In this document: in pieces, positions 12,696 to 25,010 of the stretch | Position numbering within the stretch: the stretch's first letter is position 1 | Layout: every line of letters starts with the position of its first letter | DNA from: Malacoraja senta | Taxonomy: Eukaryota | DNA: 41,441 bases | Assembly (NCBI GenBank): GCA_038087875.1 | Contig: JAXLNO010000585.1 | Coordinates: forward strand, 1 to 41,441 | Direction of reading: 5' to 3' | Translations under genes and position numbers: made by a program | Notes under the pieces: generated by a model | Database searches by the model: none | The model's input: the letters and a program-made list of their open reading frames with translations, nothing else | Told to the model about the DNA's origin: nothing

Positions 12696-12754
12696 TTACG
12701 CGCCGAAAATTCCCCTTCCCCTGGAATGGGCGAGACCTGAATCCTCGGGTCCAC
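12696..12754 (-). CDS. Exon 5, short cytoplasmic tail and stop
   Basis: 103-nt intron with strong acceptor TTTCCTCATCTTCTCCTTCTCCAAG; the phase-1 continuation reads GGPEDSGLAHSRGRGIFGA* (TAA 12698-12696). Total CDS 64+315+270+123+59=831 nt, 276 aa. An alternative donor GC|GTAAAG overlapping the stop cannot be excluded. Confidence 0.65.
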
Positions 12755-12857
12755 CTTGGAGAAGGAGAAGATGAGGAAACCAAGTATTAATTTCAACGCG
12801 GATTATATCGTGACAGGTAATGCACTTTCAGTAATGTTGTGCGGCGGTTGTGTTTAC

Positions 12858-12980
12858 CTTTACAACACGCCACCCGCCTTTTGACGAGAATAAGGAAAAC
12901 ACTGAACGCCGCCAAACATGTAGCCAGAGCGATTACAGGGAACAGGTAACCTGATGTCGCACATTCCGAACTATCATCGC
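12858..12980 (-). CDS. Exon 4, stalk plus transmembrane helix
   Basis: Acceptor TTTCTTCATGTTGCAG, donor AAAG|GTAAAC, 123 nt, phase 1/1. GDDSSECATSG-YLFPVIALATCLAAFSVFLILV-KRRVACCK is a hydrophobic helix followed by a basic stop-transfer. Too short for the ORF track. Confidence 0.85.
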
Positions 12981-15900
12981 CTGCAACATGAAGAAATGAA
13001 ATGTTGACAATGATGTGCTTGAGTTTAGTTTAGTTTAGAGATACAGCTCGGAAACAGGCCCTTCGGCCCACCGAGTCCGCGCCGACCCTGCACACTAACA
13101 TTATCCTACACTAGGAGGATACCAAGTCAATTAACCTCCGAACCTGTACGTCTTTGGAGTTTTCTCTTATTATTTGAACATAATCATCCCCCATACCCAT
13201 TACCTGCGCATTAATTTATTGTTAAATTACAAATATGAAGATTTAAAACTTTGTAGAGGAATTAAAGGTAGGTTTAAATTTAACTTTTTTTTTCTGATTG
13301 CTTGAACATATTAATTCCATATATTAATTACCTGCATATCAATTTAGTTCCGTTTAGTTGAGTTTAGAGGTACACTGCGGAAACAGGCCTTTCGGCCCAC
13401 CGGCGCACAGTGATACCCGCACACTAGCGCACACTGGTGATTGACTTTTACACAACTTACATTTGTTTTACCAAATGCCAAAATAACCCACAAACCTGTA
13501 CCCGGGGAAAACCCACGCAGGTCACGGGGAGAACGTACAAACTCCGTACAGGCAGCCCCCGTGGTCAGGATCGAACCAAGGTCTCTGTCGCTGTTAGGCA
13601 GCAACTCTAACGCGTGGGTTACCCGCGTGACCTGCGTGTGTTTAGTCCGGGATCTTCTGTTTCCTCCCACTCTCTAAAGACTTGGTATTAATGTAAACTT
13701 GTGCCCAGTGTGTGTAGGACAGTGTTAATGTGCGGGGATGGCTGGTCAGTGGGCCTTTCCGCGCTGTATCTCCGGTGAATCTCTGGAATTCTCTGCCACA
13801 CAAGGTAGTTGAGGCCAGTTCATTGGCTATATTTAAGAGGGAGTTAGATGTGGCCCTTGTGGCTAAAGGTATCAGGGGGTATGGAGAGAAGGCAGGTACG
13901 GGATACTGAGTTGGATGATCAGCCATGATCATATTGAATGGCGGTGCAGGCTCGAAGGGCCGAATAGCCTACTCCTGCACCTGTTTTTTATGTTTCTATG
14001 TTTCTATGTATCTCTAAACTAAATTCATTACTTAATTTATTAATTTAATTACAAAAATAGGGAATTAAAATATTGGTAGCGATATTAAAAGTAGGTTTCA
14101 ATCCAATATTGTTTCAGTCACAATGGATTTTGAAGGCGATTAATTCCTGATTCGGATAAACGGCCGGCAGATGGTGCCGTTGCTAATAATGTTGACTTAC
14201 AGCTGCAGCGACTCCGGTTAGAATCCTGAAGTCTCGATGTCAGCTTGTGCGTCGGTTAAGTGGCCACTGTAATTTACCCCAAGCGGGTACGGGAACCGGG
14301 TCTCTGGCGCTCCAAACGCTGTAAAGCCGCAACACTACCGCTGCGCCACCGTGCCACCGTGCCGCCTTCGTTGAAGCTGTGGAATTATTTGCCATTGAAG
14401 ACTGTGGAGGCCAAGTCAGTGGATATTTTTAGGGCAGTGAAAGGTAGATTGTTGATTAGTGTGGGTGTCGGGATTATGGGGAGAAGGCAGGAGAATGGGT
14501 TTGGGAGGGAGAGATAGATCAGCCATGATTGAATGGCGGAGTAGACCTTGTGGGCCGAATGGCCTAATTCAGCTCCTATCAATTGACCATATGACATTAA
14601 TAAAGATGTGGATGATAGCCAGCACAGACTCGGTGGGCCGAATGCACAGTGTCCATGCTGTATCTTTATAGGGCGCTGTGAAGTAGCAATAGAGTCATCA
14701 GATAAACACACACTTTTTGTCACTGTGCCTGCTGATGCCTCTGCTGGTCGCTTGAGGCCGGCATAGTCGGCGTCGTCTTTAGGTGTTCATTATTCGACTT
14801 TATAATTTGGACGTTTGAGACACAGCGCAGAAACGGGCCCTTCTGCCCACCGAGACCGCGCCGACCAGCGATCTCTCCATACATTACCCCTATTCTACAC
14901 TCTAGGGACACTTTACAATTTCACCGCAGCCAATTAATCTAGAAGCCTGAAGGTCTTGGACCTTCAGGCTTCTATGAGCACCCGGAGTAAACCCACTGGG
15001 AGTGACACGGGTTGGACACATAAGATCATAAGAAATAGGTGTAGAATTAGGCCATTTGGCCCATCAAGTACCCTCCACCATTCAATCATGGATGATCTAT
15101 CTCCCCCTCCAACCCCATTATCATGCCTTCTCCCCATAACCTCTGACACCCGTACTAATCAAGAATTATCTTCAAGTACTTTCGCCTGTGTGTCGTTATC
15201 ACTTATGTTACCTATCACCAATCCGGATGGTGTATTCTCTCTCGCTATTGGAATCGACAGGAGAGTCGGGAGCAATGAGAAGTAATTCAGTTTTGATCGC
15301 CTTTGTGCTGATGAAGGGTTACCACAAATAAAAAAACGATGGCCTTTATTAATTTGCAGTTCTGGCGAACATGACAAACGCTAACCAACTCATCAGAGTT
15401 CACGGATAAAAGTAAAGAAGCACGGCGAAAATTGTACGTGATTTTGTTTAGTTTAGTTTAGAGATAAATTGCGGAAACATGTCCTTCGGCCCACGGAGTC
15501 CGTATCGACCAGCGATCCCCATACATTAACACCACCCTACACACACTAGAGACAATTTAAACTTATACCAAACCAATTAACCCACAAACCGGCACGTCTT
15601 TGGAGTGTGGAGAGAATCAATATCTGCCTAAAAATATATATTTTGACGGCCTCCACCGCCTTCTGTGGCAAATAATTCCACAGATTCACCACCCTCTGAC
15701 TAAAGAGATTCCTCCTCATCTCCTTCCTAAAGGAACGTCCTATAATTATGGGGATATGGGGTACTGATTGTGGATGATCAGTGGTGCTGGCCCGAATGAC
15801 CGAATGGCCTACTCCTGCACCTATTGTCTTTCTAATTCTGAGGCAACGAGCCATGATCTTAGAATCTCCCACTAGTAGAAACATCTCCTCCACATCCACT

Positions 15901-16480
15901 CTATCCAGGCCTGCCAAACCAGGCAGATTTGTTGCAAGGCGGTGCTGGCTCGAAGGGCCGAATGGCCTACTCCTGCACCTATTGTCTATTGTCTATTGAC
16001 CGTAATAATACAGCAGCAATATAACACTGGCCAGTTGTACACAAACAGCTGGAGTAACTCATCGGGACAGGCAGCATCTCTGGAGAGAAGGAAGGGCTGA
16101 TGTTTCGGGTCGAGACCTTTCTTCAGACTCACGGGAAAGGGATACGAGAGATATAGACGATGATGTAGAGAGAGATAGAATACATGTATGAAAGATATAC
16201 AAATAAGTAACGATGATAAAGGAAACAGCTAACAATGCCATGTTTCCTTCGTCATTGTTACTTCTTTGCATATCTTTCTTTCATTTGTTCTATATCTCTC
16301 TACACCACCGCGTGTCCATTTGCTCTGACTTTCACACTGAAGAACGTTCTCGACCCGAAACGTCACCAGAGATGCTGCCTGTCCCGCTGAGTTACACCAG
16401 CTTTTTGTGTTAACCTTCGGTTGAAAGCAGCGTCTGCAGTTCCTTCCTACATGTGTTCTACTGGCGTCGATCATACTCAC

Positions 16481-16750
16481 CAACCAACGTCCGCTGAAAT
16501 TTGTGTTTGCTGATGCTGTTGCGAACAGTACAAGTGTAGGACGCACAGTCAGCAGCGGTGAATGGCTGTATTGTTATGGTGCTATTCCCGTTCATTAAGG
16601 TATAACTGGGGCTGTCTGTCAACGGTTGGTCACCCTTTTCCCAGAAATACTGAGGCGAGCTTCCTTCCGTTATGCTGCACGTTAACGTCAGAATGTTGTG
16701 GACCGTCGAGTTATCCCGGCGGACCGCGATGGTCGGAAGTGAAACTGGAA
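16481..16750 (-). CDS. Exon 3, IgC2-like domain
   Basis: Acceptor TTTTGTGTGCAG, donor GTTG|GTGAGT, 270 nt, phase 1/1. PVSLPTI...LTLTCSITEGSSPQYFWEKG...NSTITI...DCASYTCTVRNSIS is the C2 pattern (PVSxP, LTC, W, YTCxVxN) typical of CD2/SLAM/HEPACAM/CEACAM proteins. Confidence 0.93.
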
Positions 16751-18341
16751 CTGCACACAAAATTCATCTTTACTCATCGACTGACCTGATCCTCAGAGTT
16801 ATAGAGTGATACAGTGTGCAAATAGGCCCTTCTGCCTAACTCGCCCACACAGGCCATCATGCCCCATCTACGCTAGTCCCACCTGTCTGCGTTTGGTCCA
16901 TATCCCTCCAAACCGGTCTAACTGTTTCTTAAATGTCGGAATAGTCCCCGCCTCAACTACCTCCTCTGGCAGCTTGTTCCATACACCCACCACCCTTCTT
17001 TCCCTTTAGGTTCCAATTAGATAGCCGTTTGCTGCCAGTAAGAATGTTATTGTTCTATCTGGGACATATGACAATAAAACACACTTGACTCCTCTGCCTG
17101 CCATGATTTCATGAAATCATAACATTGTTAAAAACAACTTGATTTCTATGAAGGCGCAGGAGCTGTTGATGCAAGAATCTTGAGCATAACGCTAGGGTCC
17201 GGACTGACAGCGCGTCAAGCAGCATCTGTAGCAATGAGTAGACGACGTTTCGATTCGGAGCCCTTCTTCAAAGTGATGAATGAAGGAGCCCTTCTTCAAA
17301 ATGTAGCTGAGATTTAAAACAAGGGCTGTTACGTGCCGAGTACATAATATGTAACATTACGATGATAAATACACGTATAGGTTCATAAGTTCATAGGTAC
17401 TCTTAGCAGAATTAGGCCATTCGGCCCATCAAGTCTTCCTAGCTATTCAATCATGGCTGATCTATCTTTCCCTTTCAACCCCATTCTCCCGCGTTCTCCC
17501 GATAATACCTGACACCCGTACTAATCCAGAATCTGTCAATCTCCATCTTAAAAATATACACTGACTTGTGGCCTCCATAGCCTTCTGTGGGAATGAATTC
17601 CACAGATTCACCACCTTCTGACCAAAGAAATTCCTCCTCATCTCATTTCTCAAGGAACGTCCTTTAATTCTGAGGCTGTGACCTCTGGTCCAAGACTCTC
17701 CCATTTTTGGAAACATCCTCCCCACATCCACTCTATCGGGCTTTTCACTATTCAGTAAGTTTCAATTACCTCTGAAGGTCATGTCATAAGTGATAGGAGC
17801 AGAATTAGGCCATTCGGCCCATCAAGTCTATTCCGCCATTCAATCATGGCTGATCTATCTCCCCCTCCTAACCCCAGAACTGTCTTCTCCCCACAACCCC
17901 TGGCACCCATACAAATCAAGAATCTATCTACCTCTGCCTTAAAAATATCCATTGAATTGCTCCACTGTGAAATGTCCTCAAGGTATGCCTACTTTGAAGA
18001 AGTTCTCCGAAGAAAGGTCCCAACCCAAAACGTTATCTAGCCATCTTCTCCACAGATGCTGTCTGGCCCACTGAGTTACTCCAGCAGTCCGTGAAACGTC
18101 ATCTATCCATGTTCTCCAGAGATGCTGCCTGACCCACTGAGTTACCCCAGCACTTTGTGACCGTCACCTATCCATGTTCTCCAGAGAACATGAAGGGGTG
18201 TCCCGTCATCCATCTGAACGTCAGCGAGTACAGGCCCAGAGCCTTCAAACGCTCATCGTACTTTAATCAAGGAATATGGTAACAGGCAACCACGGTTGCA
18301 TTGTCACACTTGGTTAACCCGTAGGAAGCAACGTCACTCAC

Positions 18342-18656
18342 CAAGAACTTTGAGGTAGGTGACTTGGGTTTGGATCTGGCCGGAAACGTAAATGACGCTG
18401 GCTCGATACATCCCACCGTCGCTGCCCAGCAGTCCAGAGAGTTTCAAGGAGCAATCGGGGAAACACTGCACCCGCTCTTTCTGCCAGGAGTACACCTTAC
18501 ACCCATTGTTATCGCAGGTCAGAAATGCACGATCCCCCTTTTCCCAGGTGATTATTTGGATGGATGCTGTCGAAGCTTGCTCAATGCGCAATAAAACCGA
18601 TTCACCCAGTAGCCCATTCACGTGATCTCCTCTCACTCCGGCGGCAGCCTGGTTTA
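18342..18656 (-). CDS. Exon 2, IgV-like domain of the CD2/SLAM-like protein
   Basis: Pyrimidine tract CTCTTTCCCCTTCTCTTCC..CTACAG acceptor, donor CTTG|GTGAGT, 315 nt, phase 1/1. VNGLLGESVLL...ITWEK...RVQCFPDCSLKLSGLLGSDGGMYRASV...YLKVL gives the V-set pattern (G-x-SV-L, C-strand W, SLxL, DxGxY) without the B/F cysteines. Confidence 0.92.
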
Positions 18657-19714
18657 CTGTAGCGAGACCGGAAGAGAAGGGGAAAGAGTTACCGATGTTA
18701 CCAATGTTTTCGTGCAGGAAGGAACTGCAGATGCCGGCTTCAACCGAAGATAGACACAAAAAGCTGGAGTAACTCAGCGAGGCAGGCGGCATCTTTGGAG
18801 AGAAGGAATGGGTGATGTTTTGGGTCGAGACCCTTCAGACTGGTTAGGGATAAGGGAAACGAGAGATATAGACGATGATGTAGAGAGATAAAGAACAATG
18901 AATGAAATATATGCAAAACAGGCCATTGTTAGACATAGGCATAGACATAGAAAATAGGTGCAGGAGGAGGCCATTCGGCCCTTCGAGCCAGCACCACCAT
19001 TCATTGCGATCATGGCTGATCGTCCCCTATCAATAACCCGTGCCTGCCTTCTCCCCATATCACTTGATTCCCCTAGAGCCCCTAGAGCTCTATCTAACTC
19101 TCTCATAGACATAGAAAATAGATGCAGGAGGAGGCCTTTCCGCCCTTCGTTAGCTGATTGTTGGGTGAAAACGAGAATCTAGTGCGACTTGGGTGGAGGA
19201 GGGATAAAGAGAAAGACAGGGAACGCATGGGGCTACTTGAAGTTAGAGAAATCAAAATGTTACTAAAAATGTGTACGTTGCTCAAGCAAAATATGAGATG
19301 CTATTCCTCCAATTTGCGTTTAGCCTCACTCTGACAATTGAGGAGACAAAGAACAGAAAGGTCAGTGTGGGAATGGGAAGGGGAATTAAAATGTTTAGCA
19401 ACCGAGAGATCAGGTAGGTTCAGGCGGACCAACGTTTTTGTTACCAATCTAACCCACACCAAACCGAGAGTACATTGTAGTTGCAGGGACATGAAATTTG
19501 CAATCACAATTTTATGTCCTTAATGTGTAGGAAGGAACTGCAGATGCTGGTTAGCATTAAAGATGGACACACAATGCTGGAGTAACATTACGGGTCAGGT
19601 GGCATCTCTGGGTAGAAGGAATGGGTGACGTTTCAGGCCGAGAGCCTTCCTCAGTCTGAGAGTCAGGGGAGAGGGAGACGCAGAGATAAAGAAGGGTCAG
19701 GTATGAAAAGTATT

Positions 19715-20070
19715 CTAAGGCTGCCTGGGTCAAGACGAGATGGAGAGACCAGTGGAAGTCAGCGGACCCATCTAGGCTACACCATTACATCAATGACCCC
19801 ATGGACGTCCCTGGCCAGGACCTGCCCCGAAAGCAGTGGACAACCCTCAACCGCTTGAGGACAGGCATATGGAGTTGCGATGGAGAGGTGGGGCCTCGTG
19901 GACAGCGCCTCCTGCGAGACACAACAGAGACAGTGGAGCACATAGTCACCAGTTGCCCCAAACACCGGCCACCGAATGGTGAATGAGGTCTGATTGACCT
20001 GGACGATGACACGTTGGCCTGGCTCGCCTCAACCGAGCTGCATGTCTAAAAGGCACACGACAGAAGAAGA
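19715..20070 (+). mobile_element. RTE-like LINE 3' fragment
   Basis: LPRKQWTTLNRLRTG...ETVEHIVTSCPKHRP zinc-knuckle C-terminus; AGAAGAAGA tail. Confidence 0.7.
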
Positions 20071-20864
20071 AAGTGTGAAAACGACACATCAAAGGGGACG
20101 AGGTTCAAGGAAAATGTAGAATAGATCATTGTTAGCCGGGGGAAGATGTCAACGACGCGTACAAAGATGAAACTTTAGGAAAGGTGTCATTATGTTCGGG
20201 GAACTAGGATGGGGAGGGATGGAAAGAGAGGGAAAGTAAGGGTTACTTGAAGTATTCTTCTTATCGAGTCCACACATAAGATTAGAAATTGTTCCGCCAG
20301 AGCTGAACACACTTCTCGGCATCTGCAGACACTGGTGTCGGTCTTGCGCTTCTTGCGCTTCTTGTGCGTGGTGGAAAGATTGGTGGAAACAGGGCCGCGA
20401 CGTGAACACTCTTTCCTTGACCCCACTTGAAGTTCGAGAAGTCAATATTCATACCGCTGGGGTGTAAGCTGCCCATGAGAAATATGTGGAGCTGCTGCTC
20501 CAATTTACCCTTGGCATCTGACAGTGGAGGAGGCCCAGCAGAGAACGATCAATGTGGGAATGGGAGGGTGAGTTAAATTGGTAAAACACTTTACCATTAC
20601 CACATTACTCCCATCGTCCGCTGTCAGTGAGGCACAGCGCATATTGGAGGAACAGCATCTAATATTTCCTTGCCGGAGCACCCGGTGAAAACACACGCGG
20701 TCACGGGAAGAACGTGCCAACTCCGTACAGACAGACACGGTAGTCAGGATCGAACCCGGGTCTCTGGTGCAGTCAGGCAGCAAATCTACCACGGTGCCTC
20801 GGTTCTTATTACCTAGTTTTAAATGATGACCCGTATTCCTAGTTGACCCTTATGCCATTTTTAC

Positions 20865-21545
20865 TTTAGTCCAGAGACACAGCGCGGAAACAGTCCCTTC
20901 GGCCCACTGAGTCCGCGCCGACCAGTGATCCCCGCACACTAAACCTATCCTACAGACGAGGGAACATTTACATTTATACCAAACCAATTAACCTACAAAC
21001 CTGTACATGTTTGGAGTGTGGGAGGAAACCGAAGATCTCGGAGAAAATCCACGCGAGTCACGGGAAGAACGTACAAACTCCATACAGTCAGCACCCGTAG
21101 TCAGGATTGAACCCGGGTCTCTGGCGCTATAAGGCAGCAGCTCTACGGCCGCGCCACCATCCCCATTAGCCCGTTTAAAATTATAATCCGTATTACTGGT
21201 TTACCAATAGTATGCGTGCGCCATATTTAGTTTATTTTAGTTTAGAGATACGGCTCATAGATGCAGCGCGGTAACAGGCCCTTCGGCCCACTGAGTTCGC
21301 GCCGACCAGCGGTCACCCGGTACACTAGCGCTAACCAACATACACGAGGGACAATTTACCAAGCCAATTAACCTACAAACCTGTACATCTTTGTAGTGTG
21401 TGACGAAACCGGAGCATCCGGAGCAAACTCACATTGGTCATGGGGACAAGCTGCAAACTGCATACAGACATCACGCGTAGTCAGGATTGAACCCGGGTCG
21501 CTGGCGCTATAATACAGCAACTCTACCGCTGCGCCATCGTGCCGC
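20865..21545 (-). mobile_element. Two V-SINE (HE1-like) copies
   Basis: Antisense copies at ~20865-21155 and ~21250-21545 with TTTAG tail repeats. Confidence 0.8.
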
Positions 21546-21800
21546 CGCTTTATTTATTGTCCAATGTAGATTACATCGCATTGCCAATTAAAAATATTTT
21601 CCACCAGCTGTACGGTTATATATCTTGGGGTTCTGTCCAGTAAACGTTAGAAGGCCGAGTGTCTATCCGCTTGGGGCACCTGCATTTGTGCAACAGGATA
21701 TAGTATGTGCTTGCAATCTCCCCCTCTCCCACCCCCACCCCCACCCCCACCCCCACCCCCACCCCGGCGGAAAACTAAGCTAGTTATAGGAGCAGAATAA

Positions 21801-22125
21801 GGGCGGCACGGTGGCGTAGCGGTAGAGTGCCTGCCTCACTGCGCCAGGTGACCACGGTTCCATTCTGACCACTTGTGCTGTCTGTACGGAGCTTGTACGT
21901 TCTCCCCGTGACCTGCGTGGGTTTTCTCCGAGTTCCTCGGTTTCCTCACACACTCCAAAGACGTACAGGTATGTAGTAATTGGCTTGGTAAATTGGCTTG
22001 TTAAATGTAAAAATTGTCGCGTGGGTATAGGATAGTGTTAATATGCGGGGATCGCTGGTCGGCGCGGGCCCACTGGGCAGAAACGGCCAGTTTCCGCGCT
22101 GTATCTCTAAACTGATCTAAACTAA
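21801..22125 (+). mobile_element. Full-length V-SINE (HE1-like, tRNA-derived)
   Basis: GGGCGGCACGGTGGCGTAGCGG A-box, degenerate B-box GGTTCCATTC, V-domain, CR1-like tail and (CTAAA)n end. Further copies at ~13020-13160, 13345-13770, 23493-23780, 29660-29947 and 33620-33965. Confidence 0.85.
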
Positions 22126-22289
22126 AATTCCAAAGACGTACAGGGTTGTAGGTTAATGGCTTGGTGTAGGTGTAAATATATATTTAAACTAAAACAAAAA
22201 ATAGGTTATTCAGCCCATCAAGTCTACCCTGCCATTCAACCGTGGCTGATCTATCTTTCCCTCTGAACCCCCAATATATACGGCAGGCA

Positions 22290-23320
22290 ATCAGGGGGAG
22301 GTGCAGCGAGACCTGGGTGTCCTTGTAAACCAGTCACTGAAAGTTGGCGTGCAGGTACAGCAGGCATTGAAGAAAGCTAATGGAATGTTGGCCTTCATAA
22401 CAAGAGGATTTCAGTATAGGAGTAAAGAGGTTCTTCTGCAGTTGTATAGGGAACTGGTGAGACCACATCTGGAGTATTGTGTACAGTTTTGGTCTCCTAA
22501 TTTGAGGAAGGACATCCTTGTGATTGAGGCAGTGCAGCGTAGGTTCACGAGATTGATCTCTGCGATGGCGGGACTGTCATATGAGGAAAGATCGAAAAGA
22601 CTAAGCTTGTATTAACTGGAGTTTAGAAGGATGAGGGGCATCTTATAGAAAAAAATAAAATTATAAAAGGACTGGACAAGCTAGATGCAGGAAACATGTT
22701 CCCAATGTTGGGCGAGTCCAGAACGAGGGGCCACAGTCTTAGAATAAAGGGGAAGCCAGATTGTGGTGAGAAAAACCCTTTTCACCCAGAGAGTTGTGAA
22801 TTTGTGGAATTCCCTGCCACAGAGGGCAGTGGAGGCCAAATCACTGGATGGATTTAAGAGAGAGTTAGATAGAGCTCTAGGGGCTAGTGGTATCAAGGGA
22901 TATGGGGAGAAGGCAGGCACGGGTTATTCATTGGGCCGTGAGCACAATGAATGACGGTGCTGGCTCGGAGGGCCGAAGGGCCTCCTCCTGCACCTATGTT
23001 CTATGTTTCTATGTTTCCATTTAACATTTTTGTTCCAAGAATTGAAATGACAAAAGACTAACTAGCATAGCTTTTCACACAGAGAGTGGTGAATCTCTGG
23101 AACTCTCTGCCACAGAGGGTAGTTGAGGTCAGTTCATGGGCTATATTTAAGAGGGAGTTAGATGTGGCCCTTGTGGCTAAAGGGATCAGGGGGTATGGAG
23201 AGAAGGCAGGTACGGGATACTGAGTTGGATGATCAGCCATGATCATATTGAATGGCGGTGCAGGCTCGAAGGGCCGAATGGTCTACTCCTGCACCTATTT
23301 TCTATGTATCTATGTATCTA
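22290..23320 (+). mobile_element. Two tandem CR1 3' fragments
   Basis: QRDLGV..LVRPHLEYCVQFWSP and FTQRVVNLWNSLP; 3' ends with TTCTATGT/ATCTATGT tails at ~23010 and ~23320. Confidence 0.88.
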
Positions 23321-23337
23321 TGTGAGAAGGGGAAAGC

Positions 23338-23900
23338 TTGAGGGACATGTGTAGCGATAGTTTTTATCTTTAACGCAGAGCGTGGTGGGTGCCTGCAACG
23401 CGCTGCCTGTATTGGAGGCAGATGGGTTAGTGGCGTTTAAGAGGCTTTTCGATAGCCACACAAATATGCAGGGAATGAAAGGATATGGATCAGGCAGCAC
23501 GGTGGCGCAACGATAAAGTTGTTGGTTTGCAGCGCCAGAGACCCAGATTCGATCCTGACTGCGGGCGCTGTCTGTACGGAGTTTGTACGTACTCCCCCAT
23601 GACCGCGTGGGATTTCCCCGAGTGCTCCGGTTTCCTTCCACACTCCAGAGACGTACAGATTTGTAGGTTAATTAGGTTTAAAACATATATTGTCCCTAGT
23701 GTGTGTAGGATACTGTTAGTCTAACGGGGATTGGTGATCGGCGCGGACGCGGTGGGCCGAAGGGCCTGTTCCTGCGCTGTGGGACACCAGCCCTGGCATC
23801 GTGTTCCAGGTACTACCCACTGTCTGTGTAACGAAACTAATCCTGCACATCTCCATTAAGCTATGCCTATTCCATCGTAGAGCTATGCTCTAATCTTTGT
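23338..23900 (+). repeat. ~560-bp direct duplication, second copy at ~29505-30068
   Basis: Both copies start TTGAGGGACATGTGTAGCGATAG, contain the same CR1-fragment/V-SINE/CR1-fragment junctions and end CTATGCTCTAATCTTTGTTA before a TATC array; only a few differences. Confidence 0.92.
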
Positions 23901-23909
23901 TAGCTGTCT

Positions 23910-24445
<536 letters not shown>

Positions 24446-24714
24446 ATTAAATATTGCTGCCTTACAGACACACACACGCACATATAGAGCAGATATTTGC
24501 TTACATTCCGAAGACGTACAGTTCTGTAGGTCAGCTGGCTTCTGTAAATTGCCCCTCGTGTGCAGGAATGTGCCAGTGTACGGGGTGATAGCTGGTCAGC
24601 GCGGACCCAGTGGGCCGAAGGGCCTGTTTCCGCGTTGTATCTCGAAAGTCTAAAGTCTAGTCCATGAAGCCTACATACAGCCTAATGTCTAAAGTCTAAA
24701 GTCTAAAGACCTAC

Positions 24715-24778
24715 CTTTGAGGGCAGTTTGAAACAGCAGCAACTTCAAAACTGGGATAAGTTGCCTGTTCTGCGGCAT
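24715..24778 (-). CDS. Exon 1 (signal peptide) of a CD2/SLAM/CEACAM-like Ig-superfamily membrane protein
   Basis: ATG at 24778; MPQNRQLIPVLKLLLFQTALK plus 1 nt, donor AAAG|GTAGGT. Phase 1 matches the IgV exon acceptor and the joined sequence reads ...LKLLLFQTALKVNQAAAG-VRG, a plausible signal peptide ending in a small-residue cleavage site. Confidence 0.7.
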
Positions 24779-24879
24779 CGTTTACTTTCTCATCTCCCGA
24801 TAAGTAATTGATATGAAATCTTCAATGCTGCAGTCATTACAAATGGACTGCCACCCTCTCTCAGCCCCTAGGCTAATCT

Positions 24880-25010
24880 AAACCACCCATTGACACCGTC
24901 ATCCAGATTTCTATGGCAACGTTGACCACAAGTGAGAACCGGATGAGCGCCCGGCAGCTATTAATCACTTGGACATTCACATGAACATTTTTCTTTCCGT
25001 TGTGGTTTTT
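24880..25010 (-). promoter_or_regulatory. Putative proximal promoter of the Ig gene with RFX-, RUNX- and ETS-like motifs
   Basis: About 130-230 nt upstream of the ATG: X-box-like GTTGCCATAGAAAT (24907-24920, minus), RUNX TGTGGTC (24924-24930, minus) and TGTGGTT (25001-25007), ETS-like ACCGGATG (24938-24945). Motif matches only. Confidence 0.3.

Noticed and set aside
12182..12790. 202-aa plus-strand ORF and overlapping ORFs
   Set aside because: Stop-poor GC-rich MITE sequence, antisense to the Ig-gene last exon; no transposase motifs.
19430..21230. Alternative first exons for the Ig gene (MSLQLQCTLGLVWVRL at ~19490, MPRSVFSS at ~20320, MAHAYY at ~21220)
   Set aside because: Wrong splice phase or no hydrophobic core; the 24778 exon fits better.
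21801..21875. tRNA gene
   Set aside because: The A/B boxes belong to a V-SINE head; no complete cloverleaf.
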